Shown piece by piece: positions 37,628 to 51,748 of a DNA stretch of 64,000 nt. Every line of letters begins with the position of its first letter. The stretch's first letter is position 1. The notes under the pieces are model-generated. The model saw nothing but the letters and a program-made list of their open reading frames with translations, was not told the DNA's origin and searched no databases. The position numbers were made by a program, and so were the translations under genes. The stretch covers positions 92,630,001 to 92,694,000 of the forward strand of contig NC_045697.1 of NCBI RefSeq assembly GCF_009834535.1. Direction: 5' to 3'. This stretch comes from Camelus ferus (lineage: Eukaryota).

Positions 37628-40020
37628 TTGTCAACCACTTGTGCCACTCAGATGACTTGCTTATTAGAGGAAGTTCAACCCATGTGAGGTATGCTTCTCC
37701 AGGTCTTATCAAAGAAAAATAGACCAAGTGCTAGTTTAAAATGGCAAAGAAGACTTTCTTGGAGACTATTGCAATAGGAAACAAGGAACTAAAAGGCAGA
37801 ATTTTTAAACTCCAGAAGAAGCTAAGGGGGAAGTACTGGAAGAAGTTAGGGGAAGGCTAGTCATTGCAATTAGGCCATCTGTGATTACTAATTGTCCCTT
37901 ATTGAAATTTGGCTCCTATCCACCCACAGAGGCTGAGAATCTGGGACCCTATCTTTCTTGATGACCTTTCAAAGGGATGCTTCTCAGGTCTTTGAGAAAG
38001 ACATTCCTGAGTTGTAGAACTGACAGGAAGCTAGGAGACTTCCATCTTAAAAGATTAGAGAAATATTTTGCAACTTCAAGGATTTCAGGGGACTAGAGTC
38101 AGGAAGAAGTCCATCTAAAGTTTAGATAAGCTGATGGGAGTGTTAAGTCTGAGCAGATCACATTCTAGTTAGTAGTTTGCTGTGGGGAAAACTCCAAATA
38201 GAGCATTGATATCCCCGATCCACAACCCTGTCCATAATGGCACTTGCTGTCCACTTATTATCGAGATTGGGCAGGAGAGTACTAAACTAAAAAGTACCTG
38301 TGTGAACCACCTGAAGGTCAAATGTTGTCCTTTCTGCCCTTTGTGTAGCTCCAGACCTATTGCCCCCTAGTGATGAGTGTCAGTTACCATTGCTAGGATG
38401 GTGATTCCTTTCCTTGCCTAGTGTCTTGACATGAGGAGTCCAAAGTGACTGGGTGGCATCAAAGCTTAAGGTGGACATCACATTCCCTGTTGGAAGAATA
38501 CTCCTGCTTAGGTACCTGGATCTCTACATGCATAGATCCTAAATTTCTGGGAAAAGAGAGCACAGGGTCGTAAGTTGATTGCTGGAAGTAACGGTTTAAA
38601 AAAAAAAAAAAAAAGCTAATCTTACTTTTAGTTTTTGGTGTCTAGACCAATGTATTTTGTTCTTGGAGGAATAGTTCACCTAATATTGTTGGTTTAAGAT
38701 ATACAGCACATCTTGGGAGATATGCATTCTTGCAGAGTTGGATTTACTACGATGGCATCTTACTAGGCATTTAAAAGGCAATTTCGTCTCTCTGTTAGGC
38801 TGGTAACATATTGGGCACTAAATGATAAGCTCAGTGGATGCCATGGCTGTTTTGTTGCTGTAAAGTGGAATCTTTGGCCCGAGACAGTTTAATGTGAGAT
38901 TTTGTATTGGTGGATCATACCCTCTAAATTCCTCAGATAGTGGTTCTGACTGAGACCTTAAGGACAGGAAAGGAAAATCCATTCCAGGAATATATGCAGA
39001 TATTAAACAATGTTAATTTCTTCCCGCATGGGAAGGCTTCAGTGTATTCAGTTTGTCAGCAAGTTGGTAGGTTGTCATTTTAGGTTGTATTGGAAGTTCA
39101 ACATCAGTCCCTATTGCTGACAAATCGGACTTTCAGCAATTGCAGAAAGTTGGATCAGCCTTTATGAATGAAACCCATGTTGTTGTACTGATCTTTCAGC
39201 TCCATCCCTGCCATCACGGCTACTCTGGTCTTGGACCCACTGTGTCAGGAATAGAGTGGCTATTGACAGAGTCTGAATGACATTAATTGGCTAATTCTTT
39301 CTGTCTACTTTGTTCTTCTATGGGCTTCCATAGTAGATGTTTCTCTGTGGGCATTAACACATCATTTAAAGATCATCACATCTCTGTCCCCTCATGTAGG
39401 TCATTCAACATGTCACTATTTCAGACTCCAATTCCTTAAGTATTCTTTATTTCAGGCCCCAAGTCAAACAGCCAAACACATTCCACTGTATAAGAGTCTG
39501 TGTATATTCTTATCTTGAGTCATTTCTTTTTCATACAAAGTAGATGACAAGGTGCTCTGCCCAAGGCTCTGCATATTGCAAAAATATCTCCATCCTGCTG
39601 TCTTCAGGGGCTATGTGCAACAGTAGTTTCTACTTTGCTTGCACTAAGATACTGAGGCAATCCGCCTGTGAACTGAACTTGACCTTTCCTTTCTGTCAGT
39701 TGGTCATAAGGAAACCCTCATGAGTGCAGTGTTGAATAACATCGGGACATGGTCCATCTATTCATGCAACTTACCTGTGCTATTTGGCCTGCTCAGTGTA
39801 CACAAATCCATTTACTATAGAATGCCAGTGGATCTACTTGACATTATGGTTTGGTGGGACTGAAAGAATTCAACTTGCGATGCTCAGTTCTGGCTATACC
39901 GTCACTTGATATTCCATGTCTTCCCCCTGGACTCAGTTTCCATGGGGGCTCAGAAATACTCTGGGAGCCACTTTTTTGAATGATGCTTCATAATTGCCTG
40001 CAGATGGGTTGGTCTTGCTC
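37628..40020 (-). mobile_element. Decayed ERVL (ERV3-16-like) internal region, interrupted by an ERV1 LTR
   Basis: Contiguous with the LTR16-like LTR, higher GC than flanks, ERVL pol-like stretches ('atgaggagtccaaagtgactgggtggca'), no long ORF. Confidence 0.6.
37707..38160 (-). mobile_element. ERV1-class solo LTR nested in the ERVL internal region
   Basis: 'gggactagagtcaggaagaagtccatctaaagtttagataagctga' and 'caggtctttgagaaagacattcc'; related to 56797-57045. Confidence 0.65.
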
Positions 40021-40918
40021 TATAACCCAAATGGTGTATGTTGTGTTTCTCGCATATGTGACATGAGTTCTATTCAGAATCTTAAGAAGCCTAGCATATA
40101 TAGTGTATGGCAGGAGGTGAGAGGTGCTGAATATAATTATTTAATTCATCAGAACACACTTAATTTTTGTAAAGACCAGACTAGTGGAAGAAATAGTAAT
40201 GTGAGAGAATAATCACTCCTGCACATTCCAAATTTGTAAGGCTAATCCTTGCATTACTCCAAGCTTGTACTTTTTATGATTAACCAGCTTGGTCAGAGAG
40301 ATTTTTGCATATACTTGAAGAATTTTAAGAAGATGTTTGTGTTTTGAATACAGAAATTAAAGTAAGAACCATAGAGAACAGAGGAAAATGAGCAAATGCC
40401 AGGAAAACTTCATTTGCCATGTTAAAGAATTTGGCCATTATTCAACAGCAATTAGAACTCATTTAACTGTTTTTAGCAAGAAATGCAAAATACATGTTTT
40501 TCGGTTGATGATTTCAGTTTTTTTTTAATGAAAACAATTATTCTTGTGTTCTATAATAATTAAAAATAAAGAAAATATGGCTCAAAAGTTCTGAAACAAA
40601 GTTAGGGAAGATTCTTAACATAATAATTGATTAGAAAAGAAAACTTCCTTTAAAAACACATCATGTTATTTAATCTATACTGCTTTTATTTTTGGTTTCA
40701 CACCTTTTACTTTTATCTTCTTACCTTTGTTAGCTCTTTGTCTTTGTCTAACCAATTATAAATGGCAAAAGGCTTGCTTATCCCTCAAAATTTGAAGTTA
40801 TATCTGGTTTATCTTAAATGAAAATGATAGATGATTCTTCAATTTAAGAGGATCTGAAACTCCTTGACTGTTAAAACCATGATATCTCACACTGAAAACT
40901 ATTTCATGAATACAAATG

Positions 40919-40922
<4 letters not shown>

Positions 40923-40956
<34 letters not shown>
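40923..40956. repeat. (AC)n microsatellite
   Basis: Perfect AC array. Confidence 0.97.
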
Positions 40957-40959
<3 letters not shown>

Positions 40960-42351
40960 AGGATTTAGTATTAATACATTTTACAGATCTAATATAATCT
41001 TGAAGATTCAATACAAATAAATTTTGCAGATAGATTCATTTTTATTAAAATTGATGAATTGTGTTGTGTCTGTTCCCCAGGTTTAGAAGGATATTTTCAA
41101 GGTCTCATTTTAATATCTAAAATAGATAACTTAGTAAAATACTGTGTCTTGTATTAGTGTGGATAGATAAGTCTATTTTCGAAATTTGTATTTGCCAAAT
41201 TATTATCTGTCACCCACTCTTTTTCGTCCAAACATAGTACCCAAATAATCTTTTACTACATAATATTAAACTATTTTAATAGCATTACTCTGACTGTGAT
41301 AATTCCTTAATGCATATTATATTTATTTAACTGAATTTGCAAAGCCTTTACATATCATATAAAAGATATGTAGTGCTTTATTTTATATGAGTGGTAAATA
41401 TTTCTATGACAGTTTATTTTCCTGCACTTCTACTACATGGATATATTGAAATAGTAAATGATATAATTTTAGTTCTTATTTTCAAAACTGTGTTTAAAAA
41501 CATTGATCTCTGACAGTTTTCTTCTAAATAATGAGGCTTGATAATTATGAGATTGTTTACATATTATCTTTTCCAGCACAAAATCAAGGCTATTATTCCG
41601 TAACCCACGTAAGAGAAGACAATGTTATTTTTGAAAAAAAAAAAAAAGAAAAACGAGTTATACTGGACTAAGAATAAAATATACAAGGATGCAATGACCT
41701 AGCTATTCTAAAATATTAGGCTTATATAATTTTAATAAAAATAAAATACTTTAATGAAAAATGGGTTATGAATGTCACAGTTATATTGTACAGGATTACT
41801 CTTATTGGTTAATAAGATAGCTACAAATGTCTAATATATCAAGGTCATACTCTATATTCTAATTACTCAGTTCAAGTAAATAAATGGGTTTTAAGACTCA
41901 TAACATTAGTAACTGTTGATTTTATAGTCTTTATGATTTATGACCTTAAAACTACATTTCATAATGACCTTATAAAAAAAATTCACTGTCAAGTCTTTAT
42001 TTCCGATTTCAGATTACCAGTGCTTTTCATATGTTCTATTAATAACTGAAACTAAGGAACTAATGTTGAGGTTGATAAGTACATAAAATCAACAGGCCTT
42101 ATAATGGTTCTTGAAAATTCCAAGTGAGACCTCTGACTTTCTATAACATAGTATTTGAGAAATAAAAGAAGATGAAGACAAAGAAAAACCAATGCTGTGA
42201 CTGAAAACACATTTATGAATGTAATTTTGATTTTAAGGAATTGGCAATTTATTGAAGTAATTAAAGAATATTAAGTTTCAATACATAGAGTTGGGAAAAG
42301 CCTCTAAATACTTTCTGAGTATTCAGTATTTCCTTTTTTCTGGTTACATGC

Positions 42352-43008
42352 ATTTTATTTTATACAATTTTAAAGGTTACTTTCCACTTAACAGTTATTA
42401 CAAATATTGGCTATATTCCCCATGTTGTACAATACATCCTTGAACCTATCTTATGCGCAAGTTTGTACCTCCCACTCCCCTACCCTTATGTTACACCACC
42501 CCACTAGTAACCACTGCTTTGTTCTCTACATCTGTGAGTCTGCTTCTTTTTTGTTACATTTACCAGTTTTTTTAGTTTTTAGATTTCACATATAAGCGAT
42601 ATCATACAGTATTTGTCTTTCCCTGACTTATTTCACATAGCATAAAGCCTTCCAAGTCCATCCATGTCACTGCAAATGGCAAAAATTTCATCCTTTTTAT
42701 GGCTGAATAGTATTTCATTGTACATATATAACACATCTCCTTTATCCATTTATTTCTTGATGGACACTTAGGTTGCTTCCGTATCTTGACAGTTGTAAAT
42801 TATGATTCTATGAACATTGGAGTGCATGCTTCTTTTCTAATCAGTGGTTTTTGGTTTTTTTTTTAATATATACCCAGGCGTGGAATTGCTGGGTCATGTG
42901 GTAGTTCCAGTTTTAGTTTTTGTGAGAATCCTCTATACTGTTTTCCACAGTGGCTGCATCAATTTATATTCCCACCAACAGTGTAAAAGGGTTCCCTTTT
43001 CTCCACAG
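42352..43008 (-). mobile_element. 5'-truncated L1 (L1MA-like) 3' end
   Basis: 'ttacaaatattggctatattccccatgttgtacaatacatcc' through 'gggttcccttttctccaca'. Confidence 0.9.
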
Positions 43009-44117
43009 GTATTGCCATTTCTTTATACTTTCCAAGTCTTCTTTTGAAAACTATCCAAGTTGTAATTCAAAGACTACAGGCTAACCAACTGAAAAAAAAA
43101 AAAAAAAGTGCTGCAGACTCACTTTCTTATTTACCACTGTCAAGACGTGAATCACGATGGGAAGATTTTCTTTAAGAGTGATCTAAATAATGGGGTTCTC
43201 TGATATATTTATCTCAGGACCAGTTAAGGGATTTAAAATCAGTGAAAAGGTAAGATTATTTAGATGTTGTGAATGCCTTATTTTAAAATAAGATGGCCTG
43301 TTTTGCTGGAACATTTTGTTAAGAAGTCTACTAGAAGTTTCTGTTGGCTTTTAACAATTTTCCTGCACTATGGCAAGAATGAAAAATATTTTTTTAATTA
43401 AAAGAAAACATTGATGTAAATAATAAAAAGTGTAATAATAATTTTAACATGGATCAAGTGTTATTTAATTGCTTAGACATGTTCTAGGTACTCTTTAATA
43501 AGATTTTGTAAGTATTAAATTAAGCTTCAGAAAATGGTAGAAGATTGTGTTACGTACATATGGCAAATACTTCCAGCGTTTGCTGTAAACTGTACCCTAC
43601 AAGTGTGTGCATATATGTGTATATGTAAACAAACATAAAATATATCGATACACATACATATGTATACACACACACACTTTTTTTTGAGAATTTGCAAATT
43701 CTGTCCTAGACCTATTTCTTCCAACCAGTTATTTCAGGGGTCAGAAAGACACATCTAATTTTAATACCTTAAACTGTTGTATAATTTTAAGCCTATGAAT
43801 CAAAGTCCTATAATAAAATTACTAAAAAAAAACCCAATAAGTTTATAACACTATGTCTTTCCCTCATTTTATTATTAATTTTCTGAATCTACAGACTGTT
43901 TTTTACTTCATTATTTTTTCCTACTCTGAATCCCTTTACTTGTTTCTTAGGAAGTATATAATAGCTTTGTGGAGTTCATATAGAAATAAAGAGAAGATTC
44001 TAGGGCTTTTGAACAAACTTAAAATGGAAGTGGTGAACTTTCAAATCAAGTCTTTTTAGCCCATATTTATCTTACTGAAGAAAAAAGCTTATTATTCCTA
44101 TCAGTGCAATGCCACCA

Positions 44118-44156
<39 letters not shown>

Positions 44157-44157
44157 A
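44118..44157. repeat. (AAC)n microsatellite
   Basis: Perfect AAC array. Confidence 0.97.
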
Positions 44158-47100
44158 TAACTACACCGTCATCCTGCAAAGAGTTAATGATATGTGTTAA
44201 TAACTCTTTCAATAACTACTATTTAACTCACCATGACATATCTTGAGCAACTATGAGTCTGTTTAGGAACCTGAAGAATTTTAAGATACACTTTAAATGA
44301 CTGAAAATGTTTTTTTTGTTTGTTTTTTCTTATAAGAATTATGTTTGTAGAGTAGTGGCTGATTAAACAAAACTTGTCATTGGCTTAGGTCTAGTACTGT
44401 ACATTATAGAGTGTAGGCTAAATACCTTAGAGAGAAAGAAATATCTAATAATCTTTCTTTAAAGAATTGGTGTTAATTCTCCCATTTCTTAACCCACCAA
44501 AACTATATAATTTTATATATATAATTACTATATCTTAATAAATAATATATATATAATTTAATTACTATATCTTAATAAATATTTTTACATTGCTCAATTC
44601 TCACTGTGCACACCATATTTACATACTAGATATTAGATACTATCCTAGATGATGGAATCAAATGGGATTTCCTTACCTTTGTAAGTTTATATTTCTAATT
44701 TTTGCCATATACTCATACATACTTATCACATTTTTTAGTAATTCCTTCAACAATATTTTTGAAATTTGATACATTCCTCCACCAATCTACCAAATACCTC
44801 TTTCCCATCAATAATTTTCAGTAATCGAGAAAAGTTACTTGTCATTGTAGGGTTTTATATTTAGAACTCTAAACTTTACAACTGTCCTGTTCAGTATATA
44901 CACTGTTGATTATCTCCTATGGAAAGCAGAGAGAACTCAGCCCTTTGTCCTACTGATGAATTATCAGTGGTCAGAACCAATAAAAAACGGGGGACTTTAT
45001 CTCGATTTACCTAGCTCACTTAAAAAAGAGAGAGAAGAAAAACGTCACTTGTATCCGTCACAATCAAACAAGCATGTTTCCCTTCTTAGTAGTTCTCTTG
45101 AATAGCTTCTATCATGTCCCTGATTATAGGTGACAGCCTGGCAACAGTAGGACATTTCTATGGAAACCTTATCTTTATTTCTGAATACTGAAATTAAGCT
45201 ACCTTGCTGTTGACTTCCTGAGCCATATGTATGCAACAATAACACTATCTTTTGCCACATTCATAGGACATAATTCTTTATAGAGCTATGTATTGTGCTG
45301 TTTTGCTTGCTGTTAATATTATTTTCAAATTATTTGGGTGTTGGTGAATAAGATATAAACTGTGCTCACACTTTCACTGAACTTTTCTCCCAGTCCTGAA
45401 ATGTTAATGAGCTTCTGCATTTTATTTCAAAAATTATTGTTCCTGTGTAAGATTACAGTTTGAGTAGAATTGCTTCAACTATAAGATTCATGACATGTTG
45501 CATTGTGTTATATTTAATAAAATAGTTTTTATGAGTTATTAAAATACAAATATTTAAAATAATAGTTATTTGTTTGAAATTTCTATTTGTGATCCCTTCA
45601 GATTATTCTGTTATAAAATATAACTTTTTAAAGGATTTTATAAGTTTTTAACTTGTCTCTGTTTGTTAATGTTGTCAGGCTTTTTTCTTCCTGGCACCAG
45701 ATTTTGGGGCTTGTCATCACATCTGCCAATATAAAACAGGACCAAAATAATTGTTACCTGCCCAAGGTCATACAACTTGTGTAACTGGAATTCTTAACAG
45801 GAAATGACTTGTGAGCTCTAATCTTAATGGAACTGCCTACTTTGTAGACTATTCTGCCTTTCAAGCCGTTCAGTGGATTAGCCTGCCTAGCCATTGAAAA
45901 TGGCTATTCCCACTAGATTTCTGGTGACTCGTAGGCACTAAAATATCTACTTAGTAACTATAAAATCTAGTCATATGCAATATTCAAAATTTAGAACTTG
46001 ATTTAAAATTGAGACCTCACTCTTCCCTGGGGCATGGACCTGTCACAAACTGATTCTGCTTTCATCTTCCACTCAGTGTTTCAACTTCTCCCCCAGCATG
46101 TAGATTCAGAGTTCCTACGTTTTCACAGTTGGAGCAAGAAGAGAAGGCTGATGTGTAGCAATGTTCTTTCTTGCCTGGTTATTTCTAGAGCTGATGTCTC
46201 ACTATCTGAATTAAGCAAAAGTTTAACCTTACTCCTTCATTCAAGATTCACTCTCATAGAGATTTAAGGAACCTCCTCTTCCTCCTCTCCTCATTAGCTA
46301 GTTCTCATCTGCTGAACTCTAGAGGTGAATGTCACAGTATCTTTTGATTGTTCTAACTCAGTCCTGAGAAACATGCCTCTTGCACATGGCAGATGCATAA
46401 CTTCTACCCAGTCCACCAAGAACATTTATGCACTCATATTCCCACAAAGAACTAGGGGTATACACCCTAAATATCAGCCTTCTATTCTGAAGTCCCTTTG
46501 CTGGTTCTTTCAACTTCTCTCCTCTTTAGATACCATAGATGTGACTCACATCTTAACCCCTTAGCTCCTACAAATTTCAATGGACACATTAAACTCTTCA
46601 AATTATTTTCAAATCACCTCTCTGACTTAAAATAAAAAGCCCTATTCCTTGGGATAGGTGATGAGATATATTATAGTCAAGAAACTCCCTGCATTTTTTC
46701 TCTAAGTAAAAGATTCTTCTAATATCAAATGCCTCACTCTTTTGTTCCCTCAATATATGTGCAGTTTTTAAGAATCTCAAAACTGGTTTTATTCATAACT
46801 TTTTGTGTAAATCCTACTAAGTGGTAGATTTTAATAGCCTGGTACACAGAGCAAGTAAATGACAAGTGACACATACACAGATCATCAGTACTGGAATCTC
46901 CAATTATATATTTATAATAGTCTTTGCCCCAAAGCACTAAGACTATATCAAAATTACACTAAAGTAATGCTAGAATAATTTGTATAATCTTATATTTTTT
47001 TCAATGTGGCTCTCAGCCTACCAAACAGTCTAAAGGACGAAGGAAAATTCTGAAAGTTAATCACTTTTGCCATCTTTTCCTTAGTTATACATCTTAATGC

Positions 47101-48636
47101 ATAGGAACAAAATGAAGCTCCGCATTTCATATTTATGGAAGGTTAATTTTAGGAAACTATATTTCTTGTTATTATTTCAACAAGTATATAGTCATTATTG
47201 GAAACATTCATGCTGTGTTAGGTATTATTTAGATGAAACTATTGTATATTTTTAGGTCCTGACCTAGAGGAAGTTACAGTTCAGCTGAACACCTATCCCT
47301 TTGTTGGACTGTGCACAGAGTAAAATAGATTTTGGCAAACTATTGATGAGAATAATGTTAAAGCAACAAAATAATGTTCAGTGTATACTAGATGCAGCTC
47401 ACTTTTCTGCTTATAAAACTACGATCATTTGATTTGAAGTCTTGAACTTTTTGTCGGTCTTTAAGAAAAGCTAGGTTTTGCTGACTTGATAGAAACAACT
47501 TTCATATACCGTATATGTCTAACACCTGAGCAATTAGAACCATCATCACCTAATCGGACTCTCTTTTCCTTTGTGCCCATTCTATATCTATATTTAGTCA
47601 GAGGGAAGGGATAAAATACTATGATAAATATGTACTATTAAAGGGATAGACACCACAGGACAGAAAGACGTATGGCAATATGAATGAGGAAGGAGACTGT
47701 GACAAAAGAAATAAATGACACATGTAGCTTAGACACCTGAGTAGGGACAGTTTCGATGAAGACGAAAGACAGGAAAATTAAAACCAGAGGAGAAAGAAAA
47801 AAAAAAGATTACTGGAAAATGATATAAACCTCCCAGGCATGGTTTCAAAAGCTCACTGAGATAAGAAAAGCCTTTAAAAGGATAGATCATTAATCACTGG
47901 TATTTCAATTAGCTAATATTGACTGGGATGGCAATTATGGCATTGATAAGAAAGGGCTTCTTTTCCTGGAGGTAGCACAGTCTGTTTCATGACATATTCT
48001 TTCAACAATCCGCCGGAGCCTAGGCTATTACACACTTAGCCCTAATGTGGCTGGGGAATGAGACAAGGATGAAAAATAAGCTAGTGGTATAGAGTCATCT
48101 AAAGTCGAGTGATCACAATGTCATCAGAATGTCAATGCCCTTGAGGTTATGTGTGAAGGTAACAGAACAAAAACACTGGGCTTGAGTAAATAAATGCAAC
48201 AGCCAGTAGGAAATGTGAAATAAGCCTTTCAAAGTTGGTTAAAATAAACTTCAGTAAATTTATGAAAATACAAGTTTTTTAACAGCAAACAGTAGATTGC
48301 TTTTCTTACTGTAGAAAGTCTTTTTCTTTCCCTGAAAGTAAATACAGTTGTTGTATTTTCTCAGTATTTTCCCCTTGTTTTGGGAGAGGTGTGCAGCCTC
48401 AAAACTTCTTCTTAAGGGGTCAGCCTATCAAAATAAGTCTGTTCATGCCTCCAGCTGGTTGATATGTGTGCATAGCTTTAAAGGTGGCTCTTTACATATT
48501 GCCTTAAAGTACAAGACTGTCATGGCACATGTGATTAATACAAACAGGGGAGGCATATTGAGGAAAGAGACAGACCATAGCATACTGATGCTTTGCAATT
48601 TGCAAAAGCAAAAAGGTTCCAATTATGCAAATTTTA

Positions 48637-49021
48637 TTTCTTTATTTATTTTAAAATGTTATTGAAGTATAGTTGACTTACAGTGTTTCAAGTGTACAGG
48701 AAAGTGATTTATTTCTTTTAGATTTTTTTCCATTATAGGTTATTACAAGATAGTGAATATAGTTCCCTGTGCTATACAGTAGGTCCTTGTTGTTTATCTA
48801 TTTTATATATAGTAGTGTGTATCTATTAATCCCAAATTCCCAATTTATCCTCCCCCCTCCCTTTGATAACTATGAGTTTGAACCTAGAGATTATCATAAT
48901 AGGAGGAGTAAGTCAGACAGAAAAATATCATATAATATCACTTATATGTGGAATCTGAAAAAAAAGATACAAATAAACTTATTTACAAAACAAAAATAGA
49001 CTCATAGACATAGAAAACAAC
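48637..49021. mobile_element. Twin-primed (5'-inverted) L1 3' end with 14-bp TSD
   Basis: Minus-strand tail piece to about 48880, plus-strand piece 48881-49020; TSD ttatgcaaatttta / ttatgctaatttta. Confidence 0.9.
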
Positions 49022-49383
49022 TTATGCTAATTTTAAAGGAAAAAATAAAAATACCAAAATGAAACATAGATGTTAAGCTGTGAATATGACGTTTTTCAAC
49101 CATAACTTCTGAGGAATGAACTACAAAAATAGAAATTCAGAATTTATATTTAAATGTCTGAAATTGGAGAAAATAAAAAGACTATGTGCCGAATAATTGC
49201 ATTCTAAGTTCAAAAAACAATATATGTTGCAAAAGTATTCATTCAACATTTTAAAATTTAATCTGTTATACACTTGTATACTTTAGGCTTTCTTGTGGAA
49301 TAATGCTTCATTAAGCACATAACATATAATTAATCAATTTTTGCATGAACTTTACATAATTGATTCATTAAATTTATGTATTT

Positions 49384-49848
49384 ATAAGCCAGAGCTCCAA
49401 CAGGAAAGAAAGTTACACTCAAGTTATTATTTTTTTTTATAAAGAGGTATATTCTAGAGTGTGTTGGTGTAAGAAAACTACAAAGACCGGAGAGCTAGCA
49501 GCATAGTGGAGTGATCACCAGCTCTGTAGTCTAAGGGACCAAGAAAAGGAGAGATTACTAGGATCTCAAAGGAGAGTCATGTAGAGGTCACTGCCTGGGA
49601 GAAAGAAGTGACCTTTCGTGGAAAGTAGGTCAGTAGGTTACCCTTCAAGGAGGAAACTGGGAAAATAAATACCCTAATCTCTCTTTTCAAATTCAGATCA
49701 TCTGCTTGTTTCCCAATAGTATAACCTATCAGAAAGCTAGAAGGCACAGGACCCCTGTCATTTCTACAGGTCATGCTCCTATGGCATAGAGAGGGATGGA
49801 ACAGAGCAGATAGGAATCTGGAAAAGCAAATGACAGGTGTCCAGCCCA
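49384..49848 (-). mobile_element. LTR33/LTR41-like ERVL LTR
   Basis: Terminus 'gaatctggaaaagcaaatgacaggtgtccagccca' and 'tcagaaagctagaaggcacaggaccc'. Confidence 0.6.
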
Positions 49849-51129
49849 ATGTACAAAATAGTACACATGAAGACATTTGTAGGCATAAATTCCTATGCCT
49901 TATCTTTATTGAGAAAACTGTGAAATTTGAATAATGATTGTTTTATACTTCTTTGGCTCAAAATTGCATCCATTTAACACACATACTTACTTACATATAT
50001 CATATGACAAATCATATTTTCAGAAAATAGAGGAGAATGAAGAAAAATGTATCAAATTTCTGTTTTCTTCCAGGGACTGTAGCAAGACGTAGAACCTAGG
50101 AATTAAAGAAAATAGTACAAAACCAAACTGGATTTAAATCTTTCAGTTACCAAATGTGAATTTTGTACAAATTAACTATAAACCAAGTTATAAATTTTAT
50201 TTCAAAGAGTTGTTAGGAGGAGCTAATGAGAAAGTATAAAATATTTATTCCTCATTTCTTCAGTACTTATCTCAGGACTATTCATACTACCTTAGCAAGG
50301 GGAAGACTTCCCCTATGTAGCAACAAGTGAGAATTTCCCTTTTGGGGAACACTGAATGCCCCCATGCTACTTCCAGTCTTTATCTTGAATCCTTCTTTCA
50401 TTGTGTACCAACTTGGTTCACCATTGCAACAAGCCGTGAGGAAAGATATTTGGCCCTGAAATTGATGGGTGTCTGAACCTAGAATGTGTAATATAGAAAT
50501 CAGTTTCCTCATTTTGGGTCTTAGTTGCAGTTTTTCATAGAAGATGAAACCTCTCACTGGGATTGTATGGTTATCTTGTACATTAGCTATCACAGCCATA
50601 AAAGCAAGTGTATGTTATCCCAGGTACTCATGAAAGGGCTAGAAAAGTTCCCAGGGTCACACAGCTGGGAAGTCAAGTTTGCCTGACCAGAATACCTGGA
50701 CCTCTATTTTATCATGCTATCAGATTAAAAAATAATGACATAAATAAAAAGAAAATTAAAAAGAAAAACTGGAAAACTAAAAAGAAAACTGTATGTCAAT
50801 GAAATATTCTAACATAAACTTGAATTTTAATATAATCAAATCATTTTATTTTAAAATACTCATCAACATAGGATATAGAATGTTACGTATAATATTAAAG
50901 AAAATGTGTCAACTAAATGACATTTTTTTCAATTTTAATCAAAAGGTACAAATAACCAGACTAATATTTCTACACTAATACTTGAATTATTAATGCTCAT
51001 AGCATTAGTCTTCAAATCAAGAGTTTCAGTTGGTTCTTATATATTTATTTATTGATTTATTTTACTACTAATGAGAGCATTTGATAACGGATGATTACTT
51101 ATTCTGGCCTGGGCCTATGTCAAGTGGTG

Positions 51130-51300
51130 TATATGGTCAACCTTTCCTTTAACACACAGCAATAATGAAGGTTAGATATTATGCTTCTTATTTACAGACA
51201 ACGAAAACCAAATCATGAATGGACTCAGTACCTGCTCCAGGTAACCTAGCTAGAAAGAAGCAAAATCAACCCCTAAATACTGGTTTTCAGACTTTCCAGC
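51130..51300 (-). mobile_element. MIR fragment
   Basis: 'tatttacagacaacgaaaacc...cctgctccaggtaacctagctagaaag'. Confidence 0.45.
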
Positions 51301-51748
51301 TCTTGCATCCTCCCAACCCCCAGCATGGTGCATCATCATTTTCTTCTCTTGGTTCTGTCATTGGTGCTTTAACTGTTCAGTTTTTGTGTGTGTGTCTATG
51401 TGTTTTTTTAATTGATGTGTGTGTGTGTGTGTAAGGTTTATTGGTCAATTTCCCTCAGGCTGACTGTCTCCCTTATCTTAGGCAATTCTGCCAAGGAACG
51501 TCTCCTTTATTGCCTAGTATTCCCTTGAAGTTGGCCTTTTAAAGACCACTGAACCTTCTGGATACTGTTGCAGAACAGGCACAAGTGGTGACCATGGGCA
51601 CCTTCCCTATCACTCTCCTCCCTTGACTTTCATCACTCTCTCATTATTTTTTAATAGAACTAGTTACTATTAAATCTCTGATTCATTTTGGGTCACATTA
51701 CTTTTTGTTATACTTGAAATGTCTTTGTCTTCTTTTCTTAATTTACTC

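Noticed and set aside
50284..50370. U1 snRNA-like start (atactacct...aggggaaga)
   Set aside because: Similarity is limited to about 20 gapped nt; no Sm site or remaining U1 body.
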